This document shows, one piece after another, positions 60,902 to 64,000 of a stretch of DNA of 64,000 bases. The notes under the pieces were generated by a model. The model worked only from the letters and a program-made list of their open reading frames with translations, was not told the DNA's origin and did no database searches. A program made the translations under genes and the position numbers. How positions within the stretch are numbered: position 1 is the first letter of the stretch; each line of letters starts with the position of its first letter. The DNA comes from Camelus dromedarius (taxonomy: Eukaryota), in contig NC_087437.1 of the NCBI RefSeq assembly GCF_036321535.1, forward strand, positions 108,812,001-108,876,000, given 5' to 3'.

Positions 60902-63406
60902 GTGTGCCCTCCTCCAACCTCTTCCCGTAAGACTGACAACAGTAGTCCTCTACTTCATTGATAATAGGGTAGAGAACATGTAGAAAAGCAGCAGAGCAAA
61001 ATGTATCTTGGAAGTCTCTGAGTCAACTATTGCCAATGGCAACCTCTGAGCCATCTGGGGCAGGTCGGTCACCTATTTGTTGAGGTGTTGATTGGAACTC
61101 CAGGACACTGGTTCTTTCCCTTAATACAAAACCAATTTTAAGCCAAGTCATTTAAGACCTTTGGAAAACTGACTCTAAAATAGCATGTGATATCCTGGGG
61201 GAAAAAATAAACCATGATTTAGTAAACACAATGATCCACAGAGTAAGGATTGCTTTATATGGTGTTCTCACAGAAACTGAAGGCACTGATGATCAAGTGT
61301 GGCCAGGAAGAAAAATCCTTAATGCACCCATGTAAGTTCCAATTTGAAGTGGATTTCTTGATGTCCCCAGCCCAGTGTTTGCTGCCCGCCAGCTCTGGGA
61401 AGCGGGTGGAAGGATTCTCACCAAGCCTGGGAAATAGGAAGTCCAATTACCAGAGGATGTGCTAGGAGAAATTATGAAATGTTAATGTCATTTCATTGTG
61501 ACCACGGAGTTTAGGAGTGCTCCTTCAGATTCATTTTGCCATAGGCAGATGGCAAAAATCGAGAATGGTGCACAGAAAAAAAAAAAAAAAAAAAGAAGGG
61601 TGCACAGTGCTGGCCTAAGATTTGACTTCAATTTAATTGATGTTAATGATTGTAAGAAAGATAATGTGGTAAAACATGCCCCACAGGGATGAGAATTTGG
61701 TTCCATGGTGATGGGCAATTGAGTCCTAGTTTCTGCTCCAGTCTTGTTCTTGTGACATTAATCTTGCAATATCTTGACCCTGAATTTTATAAGAATGAGC
61801 ATTTTGGACCTCAGCGTATTCTGTCAGGGTTTAAGGGTGATGGTGATGATGGTGATGGTGTCACCTCCTGTTGCGTGTTCACTGCGCCTTGTGTTCCCTG
61901 TGCTGGGCCCTTCATGTATGTTATCTCATTTAATCTTCACAATCAGCCCGATGGAAAGCTCCTAATAACTTCACGTTGGGCTTAAAATAAAAAAAACAAG
62001 CTCCATACCAGGGCCTCTAGGGCCCAGGGTGACCTAGTTCCTATCTACCTCATGTCCAGTTTCTTTTTCACTCACACGGGCCTTCGTTTTGTTCTTGGAA
62101 CGTGCCACTCTCATTCCCTCCTTAGAGCTTTCCTGTCAGCTTTTCCCTCTTCCTGGACCACTCTTCTCCCAGACCTCGGCATGAATGAATCTGCTTGTCA
62201 TTCAGGTACCATATTAAATCTCACCTCCCAGAGACAGTTTCCTTGATAATTTCATCTAAAGAATCTCCTCAATACCTTTATTCACATCACTGTTTTATTT
62301 TCTTCATTACACCTAATATTCTGTTAATTAATTAAAACTACCCCCACCAATGTAATGTAAGAATTACATTCTCAGGAATGTAAACTTCCTGAGAATTTGT
62401 ACCAGACATGTTCTTTATTATTATGTCTCCAGCTCTTGGAACAGTGCTTGGCACATAGTAGGTATTCAATCAATGAATGAACCTCAATTTTTGGATCAGG
62501 AAGCTGAAGCACAGAGAGGTTAAGATATCTATTTTAGGCCACACAGCTTCTAAAGGCTTATGTAGTATTTATTCAGGCTTAATTCCAAAGCCCATTTTCT
62601 TAACCACCATGCTATAAGACACTGATCAATAGATCTCTTTACATCAAACTTGGACTCATGTACAGGTAATAGCTGAAAACTAAACTTAGAGGCCCAGGAG
62701 AGGGATTCTGGTTTGTTTTAATCTACTAAGTTAATGCATTAAATAGTGCCCATATTTCTCAAAAGTGCTGAATTTCAAGACTGTGCAGTCAGGAGAGAGC
62801 AGAGCTGTAAAAACATTTCACTTATGTTCTAATAGTTCTGATCAAGATAGATGCTTTTATTTTTTCAGCAGTTTAACTATGTGAAGTGAACCTTAAAAAG
62901 ATACAATTTAGGCTGTTCTAAATATTCTCAATTAAGAAGCTTAAGCATAAGCATGAGAAACAGCAAATAACAAATACTATCACTTTTTGTTATATTCTCC
63001 TGCAAGTGTTTATTTTAAAATATGTAATCTATTTTTAAAAAAAAAGCACAAAGCACACAAGTCTGCAGGCTTGCATTACATTTTCGTCATGTTTTGAATT
63101 ATGTGTAGAAATAAATATAATTTCTGGGTTCTTGTAAGCTCCCTCTCATAAGCTCTCCTTAAGTTATTTCACACCCTGCAAAGTTTAATTTAAGCCTGCT
63201 AGTTTTATTTGATAGGTTAAAAGGAATTAAATTGGTTTTAAAATAAATTATGCTGCAAATAATAAAAATGCTAATAGGAAATGTATTCTATAACACTAAC
63301 ACTATATTTCTTGAGGCTACTGAAGCCCAGTTATAATCATCATTACAGGCAGTCTTAGCCTACAATTGATCAATTTAGGAAATGAGTTTTGGTGATACAG
63401 AGAAAA

Positions 63407-63426
63407 GTGTGTGTGTGTGTGTGTGT
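63407..63426. repeat. (GT)n microsatellite
   Basis: Read directly from the sequence. Confidence 0.85.
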
Positions 63427-64000
63427 TGAAGAAGGCAGGGACAGTCCACCTTTAGTGGTCCTGCTTTCTCTGATCTCATGATGATGTGAACTTTCCTTTG
63501 TTTCTTTGTTCTTTAGTTTGGAATCTCAGGGTGTGACTGTCCCAGTGAATCGGCTTCTTCTTCTTTTTTTTTTTTTTGCATCATAGAGGGCTAACAAAAT
63601 GCTGGTGCTGGGCTATTGGGCATAGGTCTTCCTGAGGTACCTCTCATCCCTGAAACAAGAAGCTGAGTAAGACTGTTCATACTGCTTGGGGTAAGGAGGA
63701 TGGGCTCCAGAGGTCCCAAGTTGGGATTTTTATGGTCTTTCCCCATAAAAATACTGTTATATATTCATTCGATAGAGTAGAAATAATGGTGTTATTAGCA
63801 GCCTGTCTCAGATACATTCTAGGTTACTGTGTATTTGCACATTTGCAAACTAGTCCAGGAACAAATGAGAAAAAGATGTCAAATTCTAAACAATCAGCAT
63901 ATAAAACTGCCTCTGGGAAGATAAATATTTTTGAAGTTGATGGCTGCTTATTATGCATTTGACACTATTAGGTTTATAGCTGGTGAATGTTTGTGGTCTT

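Overview
Mammalian genomic DNA, probably a camelid (two vic-1-like tRNA-derived SINEs; no Alu or Bov-A seen), syntenic with human chr21q21.3. It contains: (1) the 5' part of RWDD2B on the minus strand (exon 1 at ~7.6 kb, exons 2-4 at 1-735, running off the window); (2) the complete USP16 gene on the plus strand (non-coding exon 1 at ~11.0-11.1 kb, 17 coding exons at 14173-35763, 826 aa by my exon assembly); (3) the complete CCT8 gene on the minus strand (15 coding exons at 50726-37301, 548 aa); (4) a repeat-rich stretch that probably includes the 5' region of MAP3K7CL. The standout observation is an extra paralogue of the CCT8 terminal exon at 37708-37800 (IIMAKLAGGPKAPKPQGNWDKDGWQDESHI*). It has an in-phase acceptor, a candidate donor and a downstream RBFOX motif, and would give the chaperonin theta subunit an alternative C-terminal tail. 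Other points: a GC-AG intron in CCT8, a frameshifted first ATG in RWDD2B, USP16 uORFs and loss of the USP16 Ser-Pro CDK site, two solo ERV1-type LTRs with target-site duplications (one MER41-like), and a 92/106-bp tandem duplication. Gene identities and human comparisons come from my recall of the proteins, not from a database search. Repeat family names and boundaries are approximate.
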